The translations under genes were made by a program, and so were the position numbers. Below, piece after piece: positions 27,176-36,185 of a stretch of DNA of 64,000 bases (the stretch's first letter is position 1; the number at the start of each line of letters is the position of its first letter). Below the pieces are notes generated by a model that saw only the letters and a list, made by a program, of their open reading frames with translations, was not told the DNA's origin and ran no database searches. This DNA comes from Parcubacteria group bacterium Gr01-1014_8 (GTDB taxonomy: Bacteria > Patescibacteriota > Minisyncoccia > Phycocordibacterales > UBA2100), in assembly GCA_007376385.1 (NCBI GenBank), contig VMGC01000001.1, positions 343,898 through 407,897 on the forward strand. The letters are read 5' to 3'.

Positions 27176-28375
27176 ATGCGTTTGTATATGAAGATAAGTG
27201 TCCTCTCAGCATTCTTGTTTGTGGGGCTCGCAGTGTTTTTCTTTATGCCGGGTACTCGGATGGCGCGCGCGGCAGAGGCCTGTTCCACCGGGCACGAAAA
27301 ACAAGATGAGCAGATACAATGCTGGCTCGATATCATGCGTGCGGAAATGAGAGATGATGGAATAGGAGCCGCAATGAAGGTCTTTTCGTACGTATACAAC
27401 ACGTACCCCACATTCTCAGCTACAGGCTGTCATGTGCACGCGCATCGCGTGGGCGATATGGCGTATTATGAATTTTATCTTGCGAATCCTGATCTTGATG
27501 CTCTGGAATTTCCGCAAGAGACGGCAAGTTGCGGGTATGGCTTCTATCACGGCTTTTTCGAGCATCTTATTCAGGATAATCCCGATCCGTCATACATAAC
27601 GTCCACATGCACATATTTTCATGAGCGGCTCGGGCACATGCTCGGCGACATGAGACAGATCTGCTATCACGGGAGCGGGCATGGACTTATGCTTGCGAGA
27701 ACAGAAGAAGTAACGAACGATGATTGGGGGAATGCACAGGCGTTCGCAACAAAGCCGCTCGAACAGTGCGAGAAACTTTCTGAGGCGACAGTGCGTGAAA
27801 AAGAAGAATGTCGTGAGGGGATCTATAATGTGCTTGTTGATTGGATGGAGGGGAAAGAGTATGGATTTGTCTACAACGACATCCACCCGTTCGCAGTTTG
27901 CGATGAGCTTCAAAATTACGATTGGAAAAAGGCATGTTACTACGAAATGTCCCAGAAATTGGACCGAGTATCGGCACGTGACCCTGTGCAGCTTGTCAAA
28001 ATTATTGCTCCGATACAGGACCCGAAATTACAACGCACCGCATTGTTGGTAGGTATCGCGGGAATGATGCAGTCAGTTGCAAACACCAATGCGTACGAAT
28101 CCTTCATGCGTACGTGTGCGCAATTGGGCGAGAAGTCCAGGAACGACTGTGCCATCGGCGTCATTTCCGGGCTCTTCGAGCACGGGCTTCCTCAGGAAGA
28201 GTATGTGAATGCCATACGCGCATGTCGTCTCGAGGAAATTGGATCATCCGGGATGGCTGCTTCGTGCTGGAAAGAGGTTTCGAATAAATTAATACGTTTT
28301 TATACCCCCCAGCGTGTGCAAGAGATCTGTCCAGAATTTCCAGAGGAATACCGATCTCTGTGCAGCAAGAAATGA
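27176..28375 (+). CDS. Membrane-anchored Cys/His-rich repeat protein, family member 7 (CHVHAHRVG, CGYGFYHGF, CYHGSGHGL)
   Basis: Signal/TM 'ISVLSAFLFVGLAVFFFMPG'. Family motifs. Confidence 0.65.
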   Translation: MRLYMKISVLSAFLFVGLAVFFFMPGTRMARAAEACSTGHEKQDEQIQCWLDIMRAEMRDDGIGAAMKVFSYVYNTYPTFSATGCHVHAHRVGDMAYYEFYLANPDLDALEFPQETASCGYGFYHGFFEHLIQDNPDPSYITSTCTYFHERLGHMLGDMRQICYHGSGHGLMLARTEEVTNDDWGNAQAFATKPLEQCEKLSEATVREKEECREGIYNVLVDWMEGKEYGFVYNDIHPFAVCDELQNYDWKKACYYEMSQKLDRVSARDPVQLVKIIAPIQDPKLQRTALLVGIAGMMQSVANTNAYESFMRTCAQLGEKSRNDCAIGVISGLFEHGLPQEEYVNAIRACRLEEIGSSGMAASCWKEVSNKLIRFYTPQRVQEICPEFPEEYRSLCSKK

Positions 28376-28384
28376 AGAGCCTCT

Positions 28385-28590
28385 TTTATTTCCGAGCCGA
28401 GGAGCAAACACAGGTTCAATACCTCGGAGCTTGCTCCGAGGAACCTTTATCTGTCGAGGATAGCAAGCGAAATGCGAAAGTGCAGGTTTCGCATTTCCGA
28501 GCGACACAGACAGCAAAGGTTCAAAGCCCCGCGGCTTGCCTGCCTGTGCGATGCACGCAGACAGGCCGCGGAATTTGGGACGCATAACCC
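28385..28590. repeat. MITE-like intergenic hairpin repeat, copy B (ttccgagccgaggagcaaacacaggttc + tacctcggagcttgctccgaggaacc + gaaatgcgaaagtgcaggtttcgcatttc hairpin)
   Basis: Matches the reverse complement of copy A at 23447-23600. Lies between convergent genes 27176..28375 and 28447..29997 and overlaps the 3' end of the latter ORF. Confidence 0.6.
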
Positions 28591-29997
28591 TTCAACAAGC
28601 TGCGGGTCGGATGCCTTTGCAAATACGAGCACGATCTTTTGGCACTGCAGAAGCTCTTGCTCTAACGTAAATTGGCCGCAAAATGCAATGGAGTGCCGTG
28701 CGCCCTTTTCAGGTGTCTCACGATGGAAGAAACCCGACACAACGCCGAGAATGCATGCTGCCCATTCTTCTTGATCCATGAGTTGACTGCACTCTTTTGC
28801 CAGATGCGTGAATTCTGGCTCACCGACGCGGCGCCGTACCTCGTCATTTATAAGCGCTTGCATTGATTCGAGCCGTGCTGCCTTTACGGGTATCTGTCTT
28901 AGTAACGAGAAACCGTCTTCAAGTGAGTATTTGTTGTGGCGGATGTATCCGACACCGATCTCTATGGCGCATCCCGTCCAATATTCTGGCACTGCCCTGC
29001 AAACACCGAGGGGATCGTCATGCCTGAACGAGATCCCGTATTCACCGGAACCAAGAGCTATTGAGAGCGAATTGAATACGCCGGAAGCACACCGTGTTCT
29101 TTCCCACTCTGGTTGAATTGCGCTCTCGCATGAGAGGAGTGCGCTTTTCGCCATTTTGTATTCGTCACCCCACTTGGTTGAATCAATAGAGTCGAACAGT
29201 GCATGTCCGATGCCGTGATAACACGCGCCGACAGCATTGTGCCGTGATGTTGGCGTTCCTAGATGTGTGCTATCTCGCATCTTTTCGCAGTAGGCAACGG
29301 TTTGAGCGACTCCCTCATCTCCTGTGTCGCGAAGGGCTTGTTCCATGAATCCATGATAGAAACCGAAATTGCAATACGTGGTTTCTATCCTGTCAGCGAC
29401 AGCGCCTCCGGCTTTGTATAGTTGATATGTCTGTATGCCGATATAGTGCGAAACGTCGTGACAATTTCTCTGAAATAACGGATCCTCAGCATTCCACTTT
29501 TCGAAAGCGTCGAACACTGCGTCGAGTCCTCCTTTCTTAAGAATACGGTCTATTTCACCGTCCCAGCAGTAGGCTTTTATTGTGTCGGTCGAGGAGTCGA
29601 GACATGCTTCGACACTTTCTCCTTCATATCCTAGGACGATAATTCTTCCCTGCACCATTGGGTGCATATGATCGTGGAATGGCCAGACCCCTGCACGCGA
29701 AAAAGTAAATTCCCATGGATCACCGGGCTGAATCGCGTGTGTTGGGTCGAAATCCGAATAGCGTCCATGGGACGGATGAGAATCCGACGCAGGCCACGAA
29801 TCTGATATCGATGAATTAACGAAGATGACCGTGTCACCTTTGTTGATAGTAAGCCTCTCAGGCGAGAATCCGGTATTGGTTCTTGTGATGGTGTATGTCT
29901 GCGGAGAAAGATATGCGTATGCCATTCCTGCAAGAACCGCGACAGCAAGAAAAATAACTGCCAAAAGCTTAACAGAAAGAGAAAAATGCGCGCGCAT
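28447..29997 (-). CDS. Secreted protein with an N-terminal cupredoxin-like His-cluster domain plus the Cys/His-rich repeat domain, family member 8 (CNFGFYHGF, CYHGIGHAL)
   Basis: Signal peptide 'LLAVIFLAVAVLAGMAYA'. '…WPASDSHPSHGRYSDFDP…WPFHDHMHPMVQGRIIVLG'. The C-terminal ~45 codons read through the repeat element, so the true stop may be earlier. Confidence 0.6.
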   Translation of the reverse strand: MRAHFSLSVKLLAVIFLAVAVLAGMAYAYLSPQTYTITRTNTGFSPERLTINKGDTVIFVNSSISDSWPASDSHPSHGRYSDFDPTHAIQPGDPWEFTFSRAGVWPFHDHMHPMVQGRIIVLGYEGESVEACLDSSTDTIKAYCWDGEIDRILKKGGLDAVFDAFEKWNAEDPLFQRNCHDVSHYIGIQTYQLYKAGGAVADRIETTYCNFGFYHGFMEQALRDTGDEGVAQTVAYCEKMRDSTHLGTPTSRHNAVGACYHGIGHALFDSIDSTKWGDEYKMAKSALLSCESAIQPEWERTRCASGVFNSLSIALGSGEYGISFRHDDPLGVCRAVPEYWTGCAIEIGVGYIRHNKYSLEDGFSLLRQIPVKAARLESMQALINDEVRRRVGEPEFTHLAKECSQLMDQEEWAACILGVVSGFFHRETPEKGARHSIAFCGQFTLEQELLQCQKIVLVFAKASDPQLVEGLCVPNSAACLRASHRQASRGALNLCCLCRSEMRNLHFRISLAILDR

Positions 29998-30085
29998 ATG
30001 CCCCTAGTATACGATGCCCGTTCAGGTTGTTTTTTAACGACTCTTGGGGCAGAATGGCATCCTCGTGGGGTAGCGCCCTTGCTTT

Positions 30086-31261
30086 ATGAAGTTCAGACTG
30101 AGTGTCTATATATGGCCTATTATCGCTGCGGCAGCGTTGCTCGGGGGCGCCTTTTTCTACGTTAATTTTTCCTCGCGTGCTGAAGCTGCAGCCATAGTCG
30201 AAACATGTAAAAAGGAGCCAGACAACATGTTCTGTTACGAACGCGAAGTGCCGAAGCTGTATTCTTCTTACTCGATCCCGGAACTATTTGAATTCATCCG
30301 CGAGATCCGTCGTCTCGATCCGTCGTATCAGTTTTGCCATGTACTTGCGCATAAGCTCGGCGAAGAGGCCGTTGCAGAAGACCCGTCGCGCTGGCTGGAT
30401 ATGATCCCTCTGAACCCGCGTGATGGAATGTGCAGCAACGGATTCATTCATGGCGTCATCGTAGGCAGGTTTCGCAATGACACGCTCGACAAGGAAACGC
30501 TCGAGAAAACGATACCTGATCTTGCGAGGGCGTGCGAACCGCGGGCGAACTGGTCTCCCAGTTCGTTGGACCAAGCGATTTGCTATCACGGCATGGGCCA
30601 CCTTTTTATGTTCATAACGAACGCTGACATGCGGCTCTCGCTGGATACGTGCGCACGCATATCGCGAAGTGCAACTGGGGATTTTATGCGCGTCTGCCGA
30701 GAAGGCGTATTCATGCAAACATATCAGCCGCTTGAGCCGGACGATTTTGCTCTGCTAGAATTACTTCCTGAAAAACCGACGAAAGAAAATTACCGGCGCT
30801 TATGCGCAGCGTACGCGAACGATCCAGAAGAAGGAGCGTGTCTTCGGGAAGCGTGGCCGTTCTTCCGCACCGACATTCTTAAAGGAACTGGTGCCATCAG
30901 TTTTTGCTCAGGACAACCAACCAAGGAGGAGGAAGAGATGTGCTACGAATCGGCTTCAACTATCATAGGAAGACAGCTTCTCGGGAACGATGAAAAAGCA
31001 AGTGCGGCGTGTGATGCTCTTCCTCAGAAATGGCAGAGCATATGCTACATTGCGGCTGCTCAAGCACTGCTGGAAGAAGATAGGGCGACGGGGAAGGCTG
31101 CAATTTCTCTCTGCGAGAGAGGAAAGAATGGTGTTGCTGATACCTGCTTAAAGACACTTGCGATGCGAGCAAACTGGATATTTTCAAGCGGTGCAGCGGA
31201 AAAGGACGCATTTTGCGAGGCATTGCCGCGATTCAAGGAGGAGTGCGATCGGCGGCGCTAA
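30086..31261 (+). CDS. Membrane-anchored Cys/His-rich repeat protein, family member 9 (CHVLAHKLG, CSNGFIHGV, CYHGMGHLF)
   Basis: TM 'VYIWPIIAAAALLGGAFFYV'. Family motifs. Confidence 0.65.
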   Translation: MKFRLSVYIWPIIAAAALLGGAFFYVNFSSRAEAAAIVETCKKEPDNMFCYEREVPKLYSSYSIPELFEFIREIRRLDPSYQFCHVLAHKLGEEAVAEDPSRWLDMIPLNPRDGMCSNGFIHGVIVGRFRNDTLDKETLEKTIPDLARACEPRANWSPSSLDQAICYHGMGHLFMFITNADMRLSLDTCARISRSATGDFMRVCREGVFMQTYQPLEPDDFALLELLPEKPTKENYRRLCAAYANDPEEGACLREAWPFFRTDILKGTGAISFCSGQPTKEEEEMCYESASTIIGRQLLGNDEKASAACDALPQKWQSICYIAAAQALLEEDRATGKAAISLCERGKNGVADTCLKTLAMRANWIFSSGAAEKDAFCEALPRFKEECDRRR

Positions 31262-31286
31262 ATTCCGCGTATAGTATAATCTACCC

Positions 31287-32336
31287 ATGCAGCGTCTGTT
31301 GCATTTTCTTTCCTACAACAACGCGGTCCCGATAGCTGTCTCCATAGTCTTCTTAGGAGGCACCGCGACGTTTGCCGCAACTAATCCGGAAGCCATCTTT
31401 GATTCGGAGCAGTCTGTTCTCTCGATTGACAATACGTACATCGCAAATAAGGATCTTTCGGGTTATACGCCCACGATAGAGATACTTGGTGTCACCGAAG
31501 ACTCGGAGAAATACTATGTCTCATACCGTTTGACGACCATTGATGTCGTAGACGCAATGTGGCGCGATGTTACAGAAAATGGGGTTCTCGAAGTCGCAAA
31601 GCCTGTTCTCGGACAATATGGCGATTTGGGTTTATATGCCACCGAACAATTCAAGCAATTAGTTGACCATGAGATAGCATACCTAAAAGAGGTCCAAGAA
31701 ATAGAAAGAAAACAAGTTACTCCGAAAATTGTTGCAACAAGTTATAGCGGGTTGGTAGGGAAGTTGCTCGATGATAAAACTGAAACTCTGCCGGGATACA
31801 CTCCGGTAGTGACGCCGCCTCCTATTGTTGTCGAGAACGTCTCTGCACCGGATACGAGCGGTCAAGTTGCAGGCGCATCAACGTCAGCAGTACCAACTTT
31901 AAGCATGCCGGTTATACAGATACTTGGGCCCAATCCGCATGAAATACCTGTCGGAGCAAATTTTGCCGATCTTGGCGTTGTTGTGAGCGATGACTCCGGA
32001 TATATTCCCACCGTAAAGACGTTTGTGGATGGAACATTGTACGAGAGATCTCCTGTCACGGTTGATACGTCAAAGCCGCGCGAGTGGCACATACGGTACG
32101 AAGCGACTGACACAGATGGCAATATCGCGACTGCCGAGCGTCTCGTCATCGTTAAAGATCCCTTTGTTTCTCAGTCTGCACCGGAGTCTTCTGTCGCTTC
32201 GAGTACCTCGACGACGACTGAACCAACCGCCGCGAGCGAACCTCCTCCAGGATCTATTCCGATCTCTCCACCCGAATCGGCTCCAGATGCAGGGCAGACT
32301 TCTGCGACGACAACAACCGCGACCACAACGCCATGA
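31287..32336 (+). CDS. Secreted surface protein with an Ig-like (DUF5011-like) domain and a C-terminal Ser/Thr/Pro-rich tail
   Basis: Signal peptide. 'PVIQILGPNPHEIPVGANFADLGVVVSDDSG…TDGNIATAERLVIVKD' resembles the DUF5011 Ig-like consensus. C-terminal low complexity 'ASSTSTTTEPTAASEPPPGS…TTTTATTTP'. Confidence 0.4.
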   Translation: MQRLLHFLSYNNAVPIAVSIVFLGGTATFAATNPEAIFDSEQSVLSIDNTYIANKDLSGYTPTIEILGVTEDSEKYYVSYRLTTIDVVDAMWRDVTENGVLEVAKPVLGQYGDLGLYATEQFKQLVDHEIAYLKEVQEIERKQVTPKIVATSYSGLVGKLLDDKTETLPGYTPVVTPPPIVVENVSAPDTSGQVAGASTSAVPTLSMPVIQILGPNPHEIPVGANFADLGVVVSDDSGYIPTVKTFVDGTLYERSPVTVDTSKPREWHIRYEATDTDGNIATAERLVIVKDPFVSQSAPESSVASSTSTTTEPTAASEPPPGSIPISPPESAPDAGQTSATTTTATTTP

Positions 32337-32386
32337 CCGATACTTATCCCCTGTAATAATATTTCTTCCGTGGTATTCTCATCGCC

Positions 32387-32473
32387 ATGTCAGTAAAAAT
32401 TGCCATTAATGGATTTAGAAGGACCCCAAAGGAAAGCGTAGCTTCCTACGGGGCGGGACTCATTTCAAATTAA
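32387..32473 (+). pseudogene. Short ORF encoding a GAPDH-like N-terminus (MSVKIAINGFRRT…) just upstream of gap. Likely a remnant 5' fragment of a second gap allele, or a leader ORF.
   Basis: atgtcagtaaaaattgccattaatggatttagaagg versus the real gap start atggcagccaaaatagcgattaatggttttggaagg (~75% identical over 39 nt). It diverges thereafter and stops after 28 codons. Confidence 0.35.
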
Positions 32474-32493
32474 CGAATTACAAATTTTAAAAT

Positions 32494-33501
32494 ATGGCAG
32501 CCAAAATAGCGATTAATGGTTTTGGAAGGATAGGAAGAGGTTTTTTAAGAGCGGTGCACGGTCGTCCTGAAATGGAAGTAATTGCCATTAATGACCTGGG
32601 GACGCCGGAAAATCTGGCATATCTTTTGAAATATGACAGTGTCTACGGTCGCGCCAAATTTGAAGTGAAAGCGGGGGAAAAGGCGATCATCGTAGATGGT
32701 AAATCGATTCCGGTGATCGGAGAAAGGGAGGTAGCGAATTTACCCTGGAAAAGCATGGGTATTGATATTGTCGTTGAATCAACGGGTCTTTTTACTGAAG
32801 CAGAAAAAGCAAAAATGCATCTCTCTGCCGGTGCGAAGCGCGTAGTCATCAGCGCTCCAGGCAAAGGAGAGGGTATTGATACGATACTCATCGGCGCGAA
32901 TGAGGAGAAGTTTGGCAAGTCCGAAATCACATCCAACGCCTCATGTACGACGAACGCTGCGTCGCCTCTCATAGGAGTTCTTCTCGAATCTATCGGCATT
33001 GAACGCGCGGTTTTGAATACGACGCATGCATACACGGCAAGTCAAAGTCTCGTCGATGGCGGCAAAGCCAAGGATATGCGCGAGCAGCGTGCTGCGGCGC
33101 AGAACATGGTACCGACATCGACCGGTGCCGCAAAAGCAACGGCGCTCGCATATCCCTCTCTCAAAAATAAATTTGACGGTATTTCGGTGCGCGTTCCAGT
33201 GCCTGCTGGTTCAATAGTCGACGTGACGTTCGTACCGACGCGTCCTACAACGACCGACGAGGTGAATGATATTCTTAAAAAGGCTGCTGCGAGCGATCGC
33301 TGGAAGCGCGTCTTTGCTGTAAGCGAGGAGCCACTTGTCTCATCTGACATTCTCGGACTCCCGTACGGTGCTATAGCAGATCTAAGTATGACGCGTGTTG
33401 TTGACGGGACGCTCGTAAAAGTAATGGCTTGGTACGACAACGAAATGGGATATTGCTACACGCTTGTGGAGCATGTCGCCGAAGTCGCGAAGCACTTGTA
33501 G
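32494..33501 (+). CDS. gap: Glyceraldehyde-3-phosphate dehydrogenase, type I
   Basis: 'MAAKIAINGFGRIGR' NAD-binding N-terminus. Active-site 'SNASCTTNAASPL'. 335 aa. Confidence 0.95.
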   Translation: MAAKIAINGFGRIGRGFLRAVHGRPEMEVIAINDLGTPENLAYLLKYDSVYGRAKFEVKAGEKAIIVDGKSIPVIGEREVANLPWKSMGIDIVVESTGLFTEAEKAKMHLSAGAKRVVISAPGKGEGIDTILIGANEEKFGKSEITSNASCTTNAASPLIGVLLESIGIERAVLNTTHAYTASQSLVDGGKAKDMREQRAAAQNMVPTSTGAAKATALAYPSLKNKFDGISVRVPVPAGSIVDVTFVPTRPTTTDEVNDILKKAAASDRWKRVFAVSEEPLVSSDILGLPYGAIADLSMTRVVDGTLVKVMAWYDNEMGYCYTLVEHVAEVAKHL

Positions 33502-33502
33502 C

Positions 33503-33994
33503 ATGCGTGTTTATCTCGCCACAGATCACGGCGGATTTGAACTCAAAAATAAACTTGTAGAGTTTATTACAACCCTCGGTCATGAGGCGGAGGATTGCGG
33601 CGCGTTTGTGAACGATCCGCATGACGACTATCCGGCGCTTATCGCCGCGGCTGCAAAAAAACTCAGAGACGACGTCGCAAAAAACATTGATAGCCGTGCA
33701 ATCGTGATCGGGGGCTCGGGACAGGGGGAGGCGATCGTCGCCAATCGGTTCAAGGGAGTTCGTTGCGCACTCTACTATGGACCTGCGCAACGCGCGCAAA
33801 CAGATATGAGCGGGAAAGAGTTGGATATGCTCACATCAACTCGGGAGCACAACAACGCGAACGCTCTCTCTATTGGGGCGCGATTTCTTTCCGAACAGGA
33901 AGTAAAGGCCGCTGTTCTGAAATGGCTCTCGACGCCGTTTCCGGGAGAAGAACGTCATGTGCGCCGCGTAAAGCAAATTGATGAACAAAATTGA
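33503..33994 (+). CDS. rpiB: Ribose-5-phosphate isomerase B (RpiB/LacAB family)
   Basis: 'MRVYLATDHGGFELKNKL…' and 'VIGGSGQGEAIVANRFKGVRCAL'. Start taken at the ATG 2 nt after the gap stop; the listed ORF starts further upstream in the same frame. Confidence 0.85.
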   Translation: MRVYLATDHGGFELKNKLVEFITTLGHEAEDCGAFVNDPHDDYPALIAAAAKKLRDDVAKNIDSRAIVIGGSGQGEAIVANRFKGVRCALYYGPAQRAQTDMSGKELDMLTSTREHNNANALSIGARFLSEQEVKAAVLKWLSTPFPGEERHVRRVKQIDEQN

Positions 33995-34030
33995 CCTCGT
34001 GAGAAAAACACATGAACGTCGGCGCAACAT

Positions 34031-34741
34031 ATGAATAAGCCGAAAAAACAAAGCTCGCAAGAAAAATCGGGGCTATTTTCTCATGGGGTTGAGATCATCC
34101 CAACCGTTGTTCCTGCGTCACTCGATGATGTTGTGAACGCTCGCGCAAAAAATCACTTTGCGTCCGGTCTTCATATCGATGCGGCTGACGGCTCGTTTGC
34201 GCCGAACACGACCTGGGTACCGAATCCAGAAGAAAAGATCCCCGACGCTGGTACTTCCGTGTATGAAGCGCACCTTATGGTTGATAACCCGTTGTCCACC
34301 GGTCTCGCCTTTGTTCGCGCTGGTGTAAAGCGCATCATCGGGCACGTCGAGGCGTTTTCAAACGCCGAATCGGCGCGCGAGGCTCTCCACATGTGGAAAA
34401 AAGCAGGGGCGAGTGAAGCGGGACTCGGTGTCTTATTGGATACGCCGCTCGATTCCCTTGAACCGTATCTCGAGTTTTGCGACGTGGTTCTTTTTATGTC
34501 TATCGCAACAATAGGCGTACAGGGCATTCCATTTGACGAGAGAGGAATAGGGCGGGTCAAAGAATTCCACAAAAAGAATCCGCGCATCACTATTGCGGTA
34601 GACGGAGGCGTCTCCGAAAAGAATATAAAAAAGTTCGCTCGCGCGGGCGCTACACGTTTTTCTGTCGGCTCTGCCCTCGTAAAGAGCGAAGATCCTGTTG
34701 GGATGTATAACAAGCTGCACCATCTCGTCGGTACACAGTAA
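34031..34741 (+). CDS. rpe: Ribulose-phosphate 3-epimerase
   Basis: 'HIDAADGSFAPNTTW', 'EAHLMV', 'IAVDGGVSEKNIKKFARAGA' (TIM-barrel Rpe motifs). Confidence 0.8.
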   Translation: MNKPKKQSSQEKSGLFSHGVEIIPTVVPASLDDVVNARAKNHFASGLHIDAADGSFAPNTTWVPNPEEKIPDAGTSVYEAHLMVDNPLSTGLAFVRAGVKRIIGHVEAFSNAESAREALHMWKKAGASEAGLGVLLDTPLDSLEPYLEFCDVVLFMSIATIGVQGIPFDERGIGRVKEFHKKNPRITIAVDGGVSEKNIKKFARAGATRFSVGSALVKSEDPVGMYNKLHHLVGTQ

Positions 34742-34878
34742 CCCGTTGACAATTCATACATGGCGCAGTAGCCTTGCACTATCATGGTTCGAGGCGCACT
34801 AAATTTCTTTGGTTTTTGGTTTTATGAGCTCTCACTCGAGAGTTCGTTTGCGCGATCGTAAAAAAGATACGATACCGA

Positions 34879-34906
34879 AAACGAGCCCTCGAGAGAGGGC
34901 TCGTTT
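34879..34906. other. Perfect 12-bp stem-loop (aaacgagccctc-gaga-gagggctcgttt) in the rpe-aroQ intergenic region
   Basis: Direct reading. No clear downstream U-tract on the + strand. Confidence 0.4.
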
Positions 34907-34928
34907 AGCAAGAGCATAACCATAACCC

Positions 34929-35369
34929 ATGAACTTACTTCTTATCCATGGACCTAATCTGAATCGTTTTGGAGAGCGTGATGCGGCGCAATACGGTTCT
35001 GTTACATTCGCACAAATCGAATCTCTTGTCGTTGATGAGACGAAGAAGCTGGGACACGGCGTAAAGAAATTTCAGTCAAATCACGAAGGTGCTCTCATTG
35101 ATTTTCTGCAAGCAGAAAGCAAGAATGCGCACGGAATCATCATTAATCCGGGCGCTCTCTCCCACTACAGTTACGCTCTGTACGATGCGCTTGTCGATAC
35201 GAAATTGCCGGTCGTTGAGGTACACCTCTCAGACATCAAATCCCGGGAAGCGTGGAGACGAATCTCCGTAACTGCTCCTGCCTGCATCGCTCAAATTTCG
35301 GGAAAAAAGGAAGCGGGGTACAGCGAAGCTGTAGCGGTCTTGCATCAGCACCTTTCAAAACAAGTATGA
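34929..35369 (+). CDS. aroQ: 3-dehydroquinate dehydratase, type II
   Basis: 'LLLIHGPNLNRFGERDAAQYG', 'SNHEGALIDFL', 'IIINPGALSHYS'. Confidence 0.9.
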   Translation: MNLLLIHGPNLNRFGERDAAQYGSVTFAQIESLVVDETKKLGHGVKKFQSNHEGALIDFLQAESKNAHGIIINPGALSHYSYALYDALVDTKLPVVEVHLSDIKSREAWRRISVTAPACIAQISGKKEAGYSEAVAVLHQHLSKQV

Positions 35370-36181
35370 CGGAAACAAAGAAACGAACCGCTGTTGTAGG
35401 GCATCCAATTGCCCATAGTCTCAGTCCGCTCCTGCATAATGCAATTTATGAACGAGAACGAATTGATGCGGAAATGTTTCGCTACGACGAGACCGATATT
35501 GTTTCCTTTGTTTCTACGGTACGCGAAGAGCCGCTTCATTTGGTCGCAGTAACTCTTCCTCATAAACAAAGTGTCATTCCGCTTCTTGACGAGGTAGACC
35601 ATGTTGCCTCGGAAATTGGTTCTGTAAATACCATCATAAATCGAGAGGGTATGTTGAAAGGGTCAAATACTGACTTCCTCGGAATTGCAACGTCGCTGGA
35701 AGATCTCCCGCTCGAACACAAGAATGTACTTGTTCTCGGTGCAGGAGGCGCGGCACAACCAGTCGCGTATTATCTGCGTCAACAAAAAGCAGATCTGTAT
35801 TGTTTCAACAGGGATGTTGAAAAGGCGCGAGAACTTTGCGAACGATTTGGCGGTACGCCAGTTGTGAATATAGATGATGTGAAAAATGTGGAATTTCGGC
35901 TCATCATCAACGCGACGCCGCTTGGACTCAATAGCAGCGATACTTTGCCGATCCCTGAAGAGTTTTTGCACCCAGGCATGACTGTGTTTGATCTCATCTA
36001 CACACCCACGAAATTGCAGGATATCGCAAAACGAAAAGGAGCGAATGTCATTTCAGGGTTAGGGATGTTTGTTGCGCAAGGCTTAGAGCAAGAGAAGCGC
36101 TGGCTCGGTAGAGAAATTGTCGATCCTGGGTATACTGCGCTACTTCGGGCGGAACTTGAGAAAAATAATGCACTAAATTAA
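35366..36181 (+). CDS. aroE: Shikimate dehydrogenase
   Basis: 'AVVGHPIAHSLSPLLHN', 'VLGAGGAAQPVAYYL'. ATGA overlap with the aroQ stop. The listed ORF begins upstream at 35252 in the same frame. Confidence 0.85.
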   Translation: MTETKKRTAVVGHPIAHSLSPLLHNAIYERERIDAEMFRYDETDIVSFVSTVREEPLHLVAVTLPHKQSVIPLLDEVDHVASEIGSVNTIINREGMLKGSNTDFLGIATSLEDLPLEHKNVLVLGAGGAAQPVAYYLRQQKADLYCFNRDVEKARELCERFGGTPVVNIDDVKNVEFRLIINATPLGLNSSDTLPIPEEFLHPGMTVFDLIYTPTKLQDIAKRKGANVISGLGMFVAQGLEQEKRWLGREIVDPGYTALLRAELEKNNALN

Positions 36182-36185
36182 TAAT

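Noticed and set aside
28360-28587. 75-aa plus-strand ORF (MQQEMKSLFYFRAEEQTQVQY…)
   Set aside because: It lies entirely within MITE-like repeat copy B and overlaps the upstream gene's stop. It is a repeat-derived spurious ORF.
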